NCBI GenBank assembly: GCA_002269645.1
Contig: NIVC01003655.1
Span: 1 to 64,000, forward strand
From: Macrostomum lignano
Taxonomy: Eukaryota
Direction of reading: 5' to 3'
Length of the DNA stretch: 64,000 nucleotides
Below, in pieces: positions 1 through 11,784 of the stretch (position 1 is the stretch's first letter; every line of letters starts with the position of its first letter). The notes below the pieces were generated by a model. That model was not told the DNA's origin. It made no database searches and was given only the letters and a program-made list of their open reading frames with translations. The position numbers and the translations under genes were made by a program.

Positions 1-670
1 CAACTGTATGTCTCGCTGTAGCGATCGCATGCATGCCAGTCGTTGAGTACCCGTCGTTGAAAGTTTGACACCAGACCGCCCAGCAGATAGGTGAATGAAC
101 AACTGGCACTGCGTACCACCTTGGTTGCTGTCGGTGAACATCTTGCATGTCAGGTACGCTGCAGTTGTAAATGACTTAGTCGCAACGCCCTGGCTCGTGT
201 TACATGTAAATGTCAAATTGGATTACAACTTTTATCAAAAAACAAATAGTGAGTCATATAGTCATGACAATGGTGAATAATACAAATGAAAGCTTACCTG
301 AATTGCAGTGCTTTTCGTTTTTTCTAAATTTCAGAAACAGTTTTTCAACTGTATGTCTCGCTGTAGCGATCGCATGCATGCCAGTCATTGAAAGTTTGAC
401 ACCAGACCGCCCCCAGCAGGTGAATGAACAACTGGCACTGCGTACCACCTTGGTTGCTGTCGTGAACATCTTGCACGTCAGGTACGCTGCAGTTGTAAAT
501 GACTTAGTCGCAACGCCCTGGCTCGTGTTACATGTAAATGTCAAATTGGTTTACAACTTTTTGTCATTTAAAAAAAAAAACAAATAGAGGGTGTCATATA
601 GTCATGACAATGGTGAATAATACAAATGAAAGCTTACCTTTTGCAGTGCTTCTGGTCTTTCTAAATGTTT
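1..670. repeat. ~345-bp tandem duplication (about 2 units)
   Basis: ctgtatgtctcgctgtagcgatcgcatgcatgccagtc occurs at ~5 and ~350. gtcatatagtcatgacaatggtgaataatacaaatgaaagcttacct occurs at ~254 and ~593. Confidence 0.85.
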
Positions 671-1039
671 CGCAACTACACGAATGGAGTACTGATGATA
701 TGGATGCGAAAGAAGCATTTCATGTACAAACAGTAGAAAGAAGTGGAAAAATAAATTGTCAAAAATGCTTGAAATGTAACAATTTTGAGCTGAGGAAAAA
801 ATCCATATACGGAACAACAAGAATACGAATGCATAAAAACACATTTTAATGAATGAAATAACGCATACAATAAAAATTATGGAATTATATTCATATACAG
901 TATGTCAGTGAACCTAATCATCCCTTCACCCAATTTCAACCGGACCATATTTCATTCTAGATAGCTCGTATTGCCCCGTCTTTTCCCAATAAACCCACAG
1001 TTGCTTTAGAAGCAGCCAGAATCCGCAATTCCCAAATAA

Positions 1040-1312
1040 TTATTTGGCCAAGAACCCAAGATCCCCTCTAATCACCAAACGTATTCACGAAGCCAGGATC
1101 TCCTCTGATCAGCAGAGTATTTGAAAAGCCAAAATCCCTTCTAATCATCACAGTAATTGAGAAGCCACGTACATTCCCATCTAATCATCACAGTATTTGA
1201 GAGCCCATAATCTTTTTTAATCACCCAAAGTATTTGAGAGCCCAAGATCCCCTCTAATCACCCAAAGTATTTGAGAGCCCAAGATCCCGTCTAAACACCA
1301 AAGTATTTGAGA
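1040..1312. repeat. degenerate ~37-bp minisatellite
   Basis: Repeated variants of gtatttgagagcccaagatcccctctaatcacccaaa. Confidence 0.75.
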
Positions 1313-3146
1313 AACTATCTCCTCTAGTCCCGAAATTACGTAAGAAGCCAATATAGTAGACGAAATTTAAAATCAATCTAAGACAAAAAACCAAAATACA
1401 AAGTAACAAAACACTTGCTTTTTTAGCACTAATACGATTCTGACAGGTCATTCGCACACTTTGTGCTATAATTTATCAGGTTGCACCTTTAAAATGCACC
1501 TTCTCGTTTCACCTTGTCAGACGTGTTTGCGTGTCAGCCCTGCAGCGTATCATTCAAGGTTTGCTGTTGTAAACCCGTGCCCTTTGCAGTTTAAGGTGTT
1601 TATTTAATTTGAATGTTCCTACACTTAAAATGCACTTTTAAGGCGAAACCGGATATACCGTTAACTATAAAGGTCCTATTCATATGACTTTAATTTGTTA
1701 CTCTACTGGGAAATAATTATCAGTAGATTCTTAATAAATATTTATGAATGTAACTCCGACCATTAAATATGTCGATTGAACCAATTTAGTTTACACATGG
1801 CTTAGTAGCGGATGTAGGATTTTTATTCGATAGGGATGAACAGGGCGCCTACCTATAAAGTACAATTTGGTGCCGAACACGTGCTAAAGTGCTTCCAAAT
1901 CAAGGAATATTTGGTGGGGGGCTGTCAGGCACTTAAGGGCGCTATGAATCTTACTCAAATCGTGTATTGAGTTATTATTCAGTTTTTCCCACCAAAATTT
2001 CTTCCTAAAAATACTGCTAAATGACACTCACATAAACAATTAGAACAACCTTTAAAACTGCATGGCACTCACAGCTCTGAGTTCTGGTACTCCTCTGACT
2101 GGTTTTGTCGTTTCAACAAGCTTCTTTTTTAATTTATCGGGCACTTTGGTATAAACATTTTAGACTATACTCTCACAACAGAAAAGGAAACTACTTACAT
2201 ACTTATAAACTGTTGTTAAAGACGTTATAGTCTTGGAATAATTGCAATTATTGAGAGATTATTGAGCAACTACTAGAACTGTGAATATTTTTATACTTTT
2301 CGTAATTAATGTCTTACTAACTACAATCCTACAAAATAAAAGATCTCCTTTGTGTTTGTATATTTTCTTGCTCAATAATTCTTTATATGATACATTTTAA
2401 CTGGCTTAGCTACCAAGATAACACCTATGCATACATATTTAAGAAGCTTATTCAACAGACACCGAATAGTCACGCAACAGCACGAGACTTATCTAACCAA
2501 CAGGCATAAGTACCCGCCAGAATTATCTGCGTAACTCAGGCCGAAAATTTATTAGACTGACACTCAATCACAATTCATATATTATCCTTGTGACCCAACA
2601 GCAAACTATTGACAGCACTTTGGCATAACTCGTCAATAGTCTACCCTGGCACACGTGTCAGCCCCACGCTTCACAGAGTGAAAGCCTTGCGCGTTGCTTT
2701 ACTTATCCATTTTATACAATATTTAAAAACGAATTTAAAAGAAATACCCCGAAATCAAACCTCTTTTTCAAATATTAAAATGAATTTAAATTGATTAAAT
2801 AAACTATTCAACTTTTTGACTGATAAACTGAGCAAGGTGGCTGATAACACTGTATGGTTAATTAAAAAGTGATTTAAAACGACTTAAGACGACTTGAAAT
2901 GCTTCTTTTGCTTTATACTTCCCAATCCCAATCTAACGAAATTAAATCAGTCCTATATAGCTATTCAAAGCCTAGGAGAAACGGCTATTTAAGAACAAAA
3001 CACTGTACTACACTTAACACACACAAAAGCAACGCGCAAGACTTTCATTAAGACCGCAAACACCGTTTTTTCTCAGAGCCATTGTTTGCTCTATATTATA
3101 TAGATTCGTGCACATTTTCAGTTAGAAACTGCCAAATACTGCTGGC

Positions 3147-6100
3147 TCATTTCTCGCACAAATCTAATAATCGCTTCTGTTCATTTACCTGTGCTACAAT
3201 ACCGCCTGTAGAAAATAGGCGTTGAAATCTAACGAAATCGCAACAGGTAACAAACAGATCAGACAAAGCACGAACTCTACTCACGGCAGTGTAGTACAGA
3301 CCTGCTGGCGGCGACTTGCGGCCCTTGCCCAGCTGTACAAACGCCTTGTCAATCGTTAGGCCTTGCGACTTGTGAATAGTGATTGCCCAGGCTAGCCTCA
3401 GCGGAAACTGATGTCTCGACAAGCTGGCGCCTCGCTGAAGCCACTGGCTTGATACTGGTAGAATTGGCACAACTGAAACTGTCGGTGCACACTCGCTGCT
3501 ACTACTATTACCATCTTCTCTGGGCAGCCGCATGGCTTGCATTGCCGGGCCATTGTAGCGCTCGAATTCAACCCAAACGCAGTCGGGCAAATCATTTGGC
3601 GGCTTCTTTCCATTCGCATAGCAGATGCCACGAACCGTACCAACCGAGCCATTCACCAGGCCATTTTGCACAGATAGATTCCGAGTCAACATCACACGTG
3701 CTCCAATCGCCAGAAATAGTCGCCTGGCTAGGCCTGTCTCCGATTTCTGCTTGCTACTATCAGCAGCATTGTTGCCAGTCAGCGGTTGCCTTCCAGTACA
3801 AGTTGCATTGATTATCCGCACCGGATTGTTATCATTGACAATTTTTCGCAGCTCCTCACAATTGGCATTAGACACATCTTCATTTGTGTGGTACAATAGC
3901 GTGCATTTGCCATCAACATCTAGCGGTAGCATGTCTGCAGCTGCTACTTGACACTTGTCCATTACAGTCTTCCAAATGGCTTCGGTTACTTTGCCTTCGC
4001 GAAGAGACTCTAAAATGCTGGCAAACTCTGTGTCATTTGCTTGACGCACCTGCTTGTTTAGATAAACAACCGTTTTGAAACTCTGGTACACTTGATAGCC
4101 AATCGGTGTCAAATTATCTTTGGCATTCTTGTTAAACACGTACAGCTGTTTGTCTTGAACGGGAGGCAGCTGAAACACATCGCCAACCAAAATGATTGAC
4201 CGTCCGCCGAAATATCCTTCTTCAAGCGTGTCTCGCTTCTCCTCAGGAAACAGTTCGCACAGACGGTTGTGCACCTTTGCCAGTGTCCTTTGGCCAACCA
4301 TGCTAAACTCGTCAATGATTATGTAGCGCACGTTTGACCATACCGATTGCATGTCTGACAATGCCTTGCTGCTGCCCGAAGTCGTTGAACCGTCAGCATT
4401 AGTAGTACACGCCGTAGTCGAAAACTTTACGTTCAACTTCAACGCTGAATGCAGTGTCTCGCCAGCAATGTTGAACGCAGCCACACCAGTCGGTGCCATT
4501 ACTTTGCACTTGTCCTCGCCAATCAATTTTCGTAGTGCAGCAATCAGAAAACTCTTGCCTGTTCCAGCGCTGCCATACAAAATTACTCGCAGTGGTGGAG
4601 GCATCTTTCCCGACTCAGTACTATTGTTAGTAGTGTCACTTTCGGCCAGCCGTTCAAGCTTCAATTGATTGTCAATCATGTCGTAGAGCTTCCGCTGTCT
4701 CTCATTAAGCAGTGAAACGTCAATCGTTTGACGATTAGCGCCTGCACCATCTTCGATGGTAATTCCAGCTACACGTCTAACAGGCTTAGTCAGTTCGGTC
4801 ATTAAAAACTGCTTTGCCTCTGCCAGACTCGGAAATTGCCAATCTGAAGCAGCACTCCAATCGAAACCTTCTGGCGCAACTGGCAGAGTGTCTTCCGGAT
4901 TCTTGTTGACATTCAGCTGAATGTCCGCATGCTTTGCACCCAGTGCTGCCATCCAATCCTCTTGCTGACGCTCCGGATAAGCTGGACCAGCAACTGATTC
5001 GGCATTCGCGGCAGTCATGTCTGGCAAATCGGCGACTGCTTCGCGTTCCTCCTCGTCGGCTTCATCGTTGCGCAGGTCGTCCAAATCGCGCACAACCAGC
5101 TGACACGCTTCCGTTTGCATCATCGCCTCGTAGGCCTCGCGCCAGCTTGCATGCGATCCCTTTGCTTGCTCTTCGGTTCGCCAACAGCTCCACAGTAGTA
5201 CCTGCTGCCGATAGTATTGTTCGCGCCGTTTATCGTCGCTTTCTGTTGAGCGCAAAAACGGACTCACAATCAAAACTGCTTCCTTGCCCGCTAGTCGCTT
5301 CTTGTAGACGGCAACTTGTTCACCACCGCGTCTTTGTTGACGCATCGGCGGAATATAGTCCGAAAAGAATCGATACATTGTCTCATTCTCCAATTGTGCC
5401 GGCCGATTTGCGTACTTTTCAATACTATTCTTGCAAACGCCTCGACTCTCAATCGCTCTAGTCTCGCCAGTTTGAACGTAGACAAACTCTCGCGACGCCT
5501 TGTACATCGGTGTCTGTAATACCAGATGCATAGCCTCTTGTGCTGAATAGTCGCGCGCTCCAACTTGCATCATCAAGTGCTGCTGAACAATGCGACGTGC
5601 AGTATTTGTTCGACTATACTCGTCATGCTGCTGCTGATTATTATCATTTTCTGCTGCATTATCAATGTCCACTGACTCCTGCTGCTGCTCCATAGAAAGA
5701 TAGCGACGATTCAACTCTTGCAACTGCTCCGATTCCTTCTCTCCTTTGCTTGCATACTTGATCAAATAGCGAATCAAATCTTTGGCCGAAGAAATCATCT
5801 GAATGTCTAGGTTAGCTCTCCACATGCACAGTACTTGAGGATTGTACATGCCAATATATTGGTCGTTGCGCTGCGTCTCAACCTTCCAGTTTAAACTTGA
5901 CAGCTTTTTGGCGACAGTCTTTGTCTGCAAATCTCGCGGATATTTGTATCGACACTTCATAGAGCCGTTCTTTTCCTTTCGTAGGCAGCGATTACTGCAC
6001 CTTGAGTGCCTCATGTTGTTGTGAAGAAGTGCTTGCAAATCGGCTTTATCGTCCTTAATTTCGGACGGCTTCAATCGAGCCGGCTGCGCTCCTACTCCGC

Positions 6101-9100
6101 CGGACAAAATTTCGCGACCGCTATCTGATTCGTCCATGCACGTGTTCCAACTGCAAATGTACTTGTCCACAAAGGCAACCAAATCTTCTGCTTGCAAGGA
6201 TTCCGAAGTCACATCCACTCCGTCCGGCATCCAAACGCAGCCATGAACATGCGGGCTTCCTCGACTCTGATACTCGATACGAAACCAAAAGTCCTTTACT
6301 TTCCAGTGTTCAACAAAAAATTTCTGCAAAAACAATTCAAAACGAATCCAAAACACAGTATCCGCCATGCCAGGATCTTTTTGCAGTCTGGAAAGCAACT
6401 CTTGCTTGATTTCTTGCCAATTATCATTGTCGACGTCTTCTTCGATTTGCCAAACTTGCAACAACTCTGGCCACTGAATATCCGCCGCGGATAACGTCAC
6501 AAAATAGTGCGGCAAACCAATTGTTTTAATCATTGCTTCCAACTGTCTACGCTTGCTTTGCCAATAGCTGGCTGTTCCACGCAACTCTGACGCTCTGGCT
6601 GACACGCTGGACATCACTGCTGGATCTTTCAGCTTCTCCAGCATCTCTGGCGCACTTAAGCCAGCCAAATTCTTGTCGTGCACAAATACTCGTCCAACTT
6701 CCAATGCTCTCCATCGCATCACCATGTTCTCAATGAAAAAGCGAAAGCGAGGATCGCAACGAAATCTCGAGCAGTGAAACTGCATCAAGTGCTTCGCATA
6801 GTCGCCCAGGCCTATCGAACGCACTCGCGGAGTCTTGTAGTCGCCTTTGCCGTCAGGAAATAGGTGAGGATAGGCCAGACTAAACAAGCCTTCTTGTTCG
6901 AATTCATTCACCGGTACTCGGCTCGATCTTGGCCATTGCAATTTCTCTTCTAGCAAACGATCGCGAATCTTTACTTCCAAACGACGCAATGGCGTATTCA
7001 GCAAAGCGCTTGTCGTCTCTTCCAACTGAGCTTCTTCCATTTGTTGCCTTTGCTCATCTTCATCTGGCTGCCTGGCTTCCTCTTCAGCCGCATCCAGATC
7101 AACATTGACATCTTGAGTGTCCATTTGATTAACCATTTCATTGATTTGCTGCGCATATCCATTCTCTGGCAACGAATTCAACGCTTCGCGATCAATACCG
7201 ACAGAAAATCGTTGAAAATATTGATTATTATTAATCAGATACCTGATTGCATTCAACACCTTGTCGCGTCTCACTCGCAGATTGTTCATCGCTCCTGTAA
7301 CTGTACTGCCAGGATTGTTCTGCAGCTTTTTGTCATACATCAGCACCACAGGTAGAGTTCGTCTCGGCAATTCTCTCACAACGCTTGCCTGATCCTGCGG
7401 AAACATGATTCCATGCCCTCTCGAAGCATGCTGGCCTTGCGGAAACAACCGATAAACTACAATAACAGACAATATCGGCGAAATCAACATTTGCTCCGCA
7501 ACTGACAAATCGCGTAGTTCTTCCGGCTGCTCACACATTGGATTGGCATTATTTTCGTCACTAAATAGTTTTGGCTTTCCAGAATCTCGAACACATCGAT
7601 GGCAAGCTACGTCACTATTGTGCTTAATGAAAACGCCGGGAAATTTTTCTTTACACACCAAGCATCGCTTCAAATTACACAGCTTCGAAATGCATTCTTG
7701 AAAAAAGTCAACTCGCATCTTTTTGTACTGCTTAGTAAATGGATTGCGAAGACAATGCGGCAAACTGATATCACCAGCATCTTGCTGTTCAGCATCAGGA
7801 TTATTTTCTTCAGGGTTAACTTGCTCGATTTCCGGCACTTCGGCCTCAATTTCAACTCGTTGCTGCTGCTGCTGCTGCTGCTCAATTTGCGCCTTTTTTC
7901 TAGGCGAAGAACGACCCTCTTTAACAGTGTTCACTTTAGTGCGCCTGCGCTTTGTTGGCGATGCTTCTAAAACAGTATCTGTAGGTATGGACTGCTCATC
8001 AATGGCCTTTTTTCTTGGTGAACTTCGACTCTTGCTTTGACCATTTTGTCCTCCTCTTTGTTGAGACTTAGTCTTTGTCGGTCGTTGATAATCATTGATC
8101 TCTTCCAGAACTACACTTGCCAACTCGAATTCTTCCTCCCGTGCAATGCAGCTCACTTTGTCCGACTCAGTAGCCGCTCCAATGCTGCTTAAATTCGATG
8201 CACCAACTGAAGAAGCGTCGTCACCTTCTTCCATACGCCTTTTCTTGGCTAGTAATCGCTCGCTTCGACGCATTGGACTGCCAGGCTTGACAACTCGCTT
8301 TCGGCGTCGAACTACACTTGAAGCGCAACTGTCAGAAGCTTCTGCTGACGACAATACAGACGCATTGCTGCTGCTGCACGCTTTCGCGCTTAAACGACTG
8401 CTACGTCGCGTAGGACAACTCGGAACGCTTCGATTTCGACGACTGCGCCGCGAAACACTCGACGAAACCTTGCTGGTTGAATCATCGCCGCTACACACAG
8501 AGAGAGTTGGCTCCTCCTCGTCCGCATCTAGGTCGACATTCCATAGTACATTGAACCGATTCTCGTCGACTCTAATGCTAAATTTGTTGTCTACATCAGT
8601 CGCAGCCGCACTTGGAACCCTCTTGCATGCTCGTCGGTTACATTTCACTTCTTTCCATTCTTGCACTTTCTGCGCAACACTCTGCATCGGAATCGCAGGA
8701 GGCGGCGGCGGCGGCGGCATCATCTTGGCTGCGCCATCATCCACAGCGGCTAGATGAGACGATTGACGCACATGTACCGACTGGTAATGCTCACCTTGCC
8801 GATTGAAATGCAATCGAACTGTTGCTCGCGGTTCCACGCCAATTGGGCCTAAGTAAATTCCTTCGAGATTCGAACCAGCGCCCATGTCCTGGTACACATA
8901 GATCTCGATGCCAAGCAGTCTAGCTGCTGCTGAAGCCACGTGGTCAGAAACATATTCGCCTTTTCGTTTGGTCTTTTCCAGCAAATCGCGCCACTCTGCT
9001 TCGGAAATGCCAGTGTCGTTCTCTGCGCTGTCGATCCAATTCTCCAACTCAACTGCCAGCGTTTGTCGAAGATTATCTGCGTTCATTTCCAAAGCTGTGC

Positions 9101-9182
9101 CTTGCAATTGATCCGACAGAGCCGAAAAGAAGCAGTTTCCATCACCTGGGATGCGCTTCAACCAACAGGCAGACAAAGGCAT
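3147..9182 (-). CDS. Helitron-family RepHel protein with N-terminal OTU-like cysteine protease, Cys-rich zinc finger, HUH Rep endonuclease and PIF1 (SF1B) helicase
   Basis: Uninterrupted 2011-aa ORF. OTU: IPGDGNCFFSAL...HYQSV. Zinc finger: CLVC...CHRC. Rep motifs: GLPHYFVTLSAAD, EYQSRGSPHVHG, YLIKYASK. PIF1 motifs: GSAGTGKS, IIIDEFSM, FGGRSIILVGDVFQLPPV, GARVMLTRN, QFPLRLAWAITIHKSQGLT, YTAVSRV. No C-terminal AP endonuclease. Confidence 0.95.
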   Translation of the reverse strand: MPLSACWLKRIPGDGNCFFSALSDQLQGTALEMNADNLRQTLAVELENWIDSAENDTGISEAEWRDLLEKTKRKGEYVSDHVASAAARLLGIEIYVYQDMGAGSNLEGIYLGPIGVEPRATVRLHFNRQGEHYQSVHVRQSSHLAAVDDGAAKMMPPPPPPPAIPMQSVAQKVQEWKEVKCNRRACKRVPSAAATDVDNKFSIRVDENRFNVLWNVDLDADEEEPTLSVCSGDDSTSKVSSSVSRRSRRNRSVPSCPTRRSSRLSAKACSSSNASVLSSAEASDSCASSVVRRRKRVVKPGSPMRRSERLLAKKRRMEEGDDASSVGASNLSSIGAATESDKVSCIAREEEFELASVVLEEINDYQRPTKTKSQQRGGQNGQSKSRSSPRKKAIDEQSIPTDTVLEASPTKRRRTKVNTVKEGRSSPRKKAQIEQQQQQQQRVEIEAEVPEIEQVNPEENNPDAEQQDAGDISLPHCLRNPFTKQYKKMRVDFFQECISKLCNLKRCLVCKEKFPGVFIKHNSDVACHRCVRDSGKPKLFSDENNANPMCEQPEELRDLSVAEQMLISPILSVIVVYRLFPQGQHASRGHGIMFPQDQASVVRELPRRTLPVVLMYDKKLQNNPGSTVTGAMNNLRVRRDKVLNAIRYLINNNQYFQRFSVGIDREALNSLPENGYAQQINEMVNQMDTQDVNVDLDAAEEEARQPDEDEQRQQMEEAQLEETTSALLNTPLRRLEVKIRDRLLEEKLQWPRSSRVPVNEFEQEGLFSLAYPHLFPDGKGDYKTPRVRSIGLGDYAKHLMQFHCSRFRCDPRFRFFIENMVMRWRALEVGRVFVHDKNLAGLSAPEMLEKLKDPAVMSSVSARASELRGTASYWQSKRRQLEAMIKTIGLPHYFVTLSAADIQWPELLQVWQIEEDVDNDNWQEIKQELLSRLQKDPGMADTVFWIRFELFLQKFFVEHWKVKDFWFRIEYQSRGSPHVHGCVWMPDGVDVTSESLQAEDLVAFVDKYICSWNTCMDESDSGREILSGGVGAQPARLKPSEIKDDKADLQALLHNNMRHSRCSNRCLRKEKNGSMKCRYKYPRDLQTKTVAKKLSSLNWKVETQRNDQYIGMYNPQVLCMWRANLDIQMISSAKDLIRYLIKYASKGEKESEQLQELNRRYLSMEQQQESVDIDNAAENDNNQQQHDEYSRTNTARRIVQQHLMMQVGARDYSAQEAMHLVLQTPMYKASREFVYVQTGETRAIESRGVCKNSIEKYANRPAQLENETMYRFFSDYIPPMRQQRRGGEQVAVYKKRLAGKEAVLIVSPFLRSTESDDKRREQYYRQQVLLWSCWRTEEQAKGSHASWREAYEAMMQTEACQLVVRDLDDLRNDEADEEEREAVADLPDMTAANAESVAGPAYPERQQEDWMAALGAKHADIQLNVNKNPEDTLPVAPEGFDWSAASDWQFPSLAEAKQFLMTELTKPVRRVAGITIEDGAGANRQTIDVSLLNERQRKLYDMIDNQLKLERLAESDTTNNSTESGKMPPPLRVILYGSAGTGKSFLIAALRKLIGEDKCKVMAPTGVAAFNIAGETLHSALKLNVKFSTTACTTNADGSTTSGSSKALSDMQSVWSNVRYIIIDEFSMVGQRTLAKVHNRLCELFPEEKRDTLEEGYFGGRSIILVGDVFQLPPVQDKQLYVFNKNAKDNLTPIGYQVYQSFKTVVYLNKQVRQANDTEFASILESLREGKVTEAIWKTVMDKCQVAAADMLPLDVDGKCTLLYHTNEDVSNANCEELRKIVNDNNPVRIINATCTGRQPLTGNNAADSSKQKSETGLARRLFLAIGARVMLTRNLSVQNGLVNGSVGTVRGICYANGKKPPNDLPDCVWVEFERYNGPAMQAMRLPREDGNSSSSECAPTVSVVPILPVSSQWLQRGASLSRHQFPLRLAWAITIHKSQGLTIDKAFVQLGKGRKSPPAGLYYTAVSRVRALSDLFVTCCDFVRFQRLFSTGGIVAQVNEQKRLLDLCEK

Positions 9183-9331
9183 CCATTGTGGGGCACGGCC
9201 AACTTGTAGCGTCGCCAGACCCCTCGGTCCTCCGTGTCATCTTCCAAAGTCGCGACACCTTTGAAGTTAAAAGACATGTACTTTCTGTAATCAAGAATTG
9301 GATCAGCTTACCTTGGTCTGACTTTACAGCA

Positions 9332-10586
9332 CTATAGTGCTAGTGCTTTACAACCCTCCAACAACTGATATCTGCAATTTCTGACCCAGCCGCGATATGT
9401 CTGGATCAAGTCACCAGCACACTTGCCTAGAAGCGCTCTTGACCGTGCTCAAGGCCGTTTTTAGTTCGTATAATTGCATCGATCGATCGATCTAAACCAT
9501 TTAAGCAACATTTTAAGTGACTACTGAAAACTTTACTTCCAAAACTCAAGCTATTAAACTTAATTTTCCATAAAAACCCACCCAACCAGCAAAAAGTCCT
9601 CTAACAAGATTGGTTCGAAAATGGCGCTGTAAATGTTGTGAAAGAATATTCCTTAACGAACGAACCATAATCCTTCATAATCGCTACTCCCCAAAAATTC
9701 TTGAAGCTGAACTGCAAAAAAACAACGTAGGTCAAACCAAATAAAGGACATCACAATACTACATTGACAAAATGCAAAGTAGCATTTGTGGAATTTCTCT
9801 ATTGAGAAATCTGAGATATGACCAAACAAAAACTGGGTCCTAGAAAATCTTGGATACCAATAGTGTCACTTGTAGATCCTATATAAGCTTTCTTTAAATT
9901 TCAAAATCTTGATTTTAAAAAACTATTCCACCCGTAATAGACAGTAAGCTAAGACAGGCCTTACCGTCAGTGTGGCAAAAACCTGCTTCTCTAAGTGCAG
10001 CAGCAGCTTCGTCCAATTCAGCTTGTTGTCCTGCTAATTCATCAGTAGTAGACACGACAACAGGAATTGGGCAGTCTGAAGCACATTAGGGTGAGTATAA
10101 TACTAAGTTATAGGCTTATAATTCAAGCATATACATTAAAACAGCATTCTAAACTTTATCATCCAACTTTCATGACATCTGAATCCAACTATTCCAGTTC
10201 CGTTACAATCTATTCCGTCGTATGTGAAAGTTGGCAATGGCAAGGAGTAACACAAGCTTACCGCGAGTTTCGTCACACAATCCACTCTCCTTCAAAGCAG
10301 CAGCAGCATTGCGCAATTCATAGTCTACAGTCGCATCTTCAGCAGCAACAACATTGTCAGAACCACCAGAAGCAGCAGCAGCAACTGCGAAATTGGTAAC
10401 TTCCGATACAACAGTAGCGACACCAGGTGTGCTTGATTCAGGCTCAATAGCAGTAGCAGCAGCAGCAGCAGCAGCAGGTTCGCCTGTCTTGCAATCAATA
10501 GCGGCGGCTGGCGGCTTCGTTTTAGACTCGAATGGCCGCCCGTAGGTAGCGCGTTTAGGCTTCCTTCCAGGTCCTTTCGGCGGCAT
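9332..10586 (-). CDS. putative 3-exon small protein (~176 aa) upstream of RepHel; basic N-terminus and Ala-rich repeats
   Basis: Exons 10586-10262, 10075-9965 and 9426-9332. Donors are G|GTAAGC and G|GTAAGG; acceptors are TTCAG and TCTAG; phases 1/1 keep the frame open. Exon 2 (ELDEAAAALREAGFCHTDG) resembles the end of exon 1 (ELRNAAAALKESGLCDETRG). Confidence 0.5.
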
Positions 10587-11784
10587 ACTCCTTAATAATT
10601 GTTGAAAGTGTTAAAGTGTTAATACATCAAGATTAAATGAGATTTTAATCTGTACTACTCGTTTGCTTTTCTGTTCTGAAACTTAAGTATAAATGAGATT
10701 TGCACCAGACTTATGTTAGCTTCTATCAAGATCTCAAACATAAGGGTTCTGGTGATATATGGAATTGGTAGAAATGCAGTCTTTGCATTTGTGTCTTATG
10801 GAAACAAAATTGTTACATTAAACAAAACAACTTGGCATATAAGGAAAGGATGGTCATTATACTATTAGCTTCCTGATGCTCAAGTAGTGCACAAAGTTAG
10901 ACACAAAGAGTTTAATTGTTTGTCTATTTACAAAACATATTTCTTAAATATTTAAAACTATACATATATATATATATATACACAAGAACTCATTTACTTG
11001 ATGGAATTAGCCCAGATTACACCCATTGTAGGTTTATATTTATAATAATAGTTATAATTTTAGTTTTATTCTTTATGTGCGATATAACATTATAAAACAA
11101 TCTAATAACAATAATTTTTAATTAGGTTTGCCAATACCAATGCATTGATTTAAGGACCCCAATTCTCAATTGATTAAAATTGATTAAATCAATTGCTAGC
11201 TGCTGTGCCATGCATGCAATTCAATAATAGGTATATGTGCATGGCTATTGTGCAAGCAAGCTCTTTGGTATAAAAATTAAGCTAATATTAGGTTATAATA
11301 CTCAAAGACAATTTTTTGTATAAAGAGCATTTTGTATATAAAATAATAAAATATTCATAGGCTCTATGCTTGCAAACTTGTGCAGCTTTTTGTTTTAAAG
11401 AATATAAAATTTTCTGAAAACTACACTATATTAGTAAGGGAAAGCTAAAATTTTAAATAAAGCTAAAGCAAAGAGAAGACCAAATATCAGCTAAATTGTA
11501 GCTCTAAAAGTTTTAGTAATGTACTAAATATAGCCATTCTCTGACTCACAGAGCTCCAGCTTCGACATGAACTTGTACAACTCGGCTGTCGAGATCATAG
11601 AGAGGCTGCCGAGGTGCTACTTCGCCAAGGCTCGATGAGAATGCACGTGACTGTGGCTATCGAGAAGAACCCAAACAATCTGTTTGCTTCTTTGTTTTTA
11701 AAAAACTAAATACAAGCTAATTGCATTTCTGTAAATGCTTTATTTACGAGTATTCAAACTCAGTTTAAAATTGTTGTTAGACAT

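Noticed and set aside
3383-9209. Plus-strand ORFs overlapping RepHel
   Set aside because: They are antisense shadows of the long GC-richer ORF and show no motifs.
11550-11710. Ankyrin-like peptide DHREAAEVLLRQG
   Set aside because: It is too short, has no splice partners or repeats, and is likely chance.
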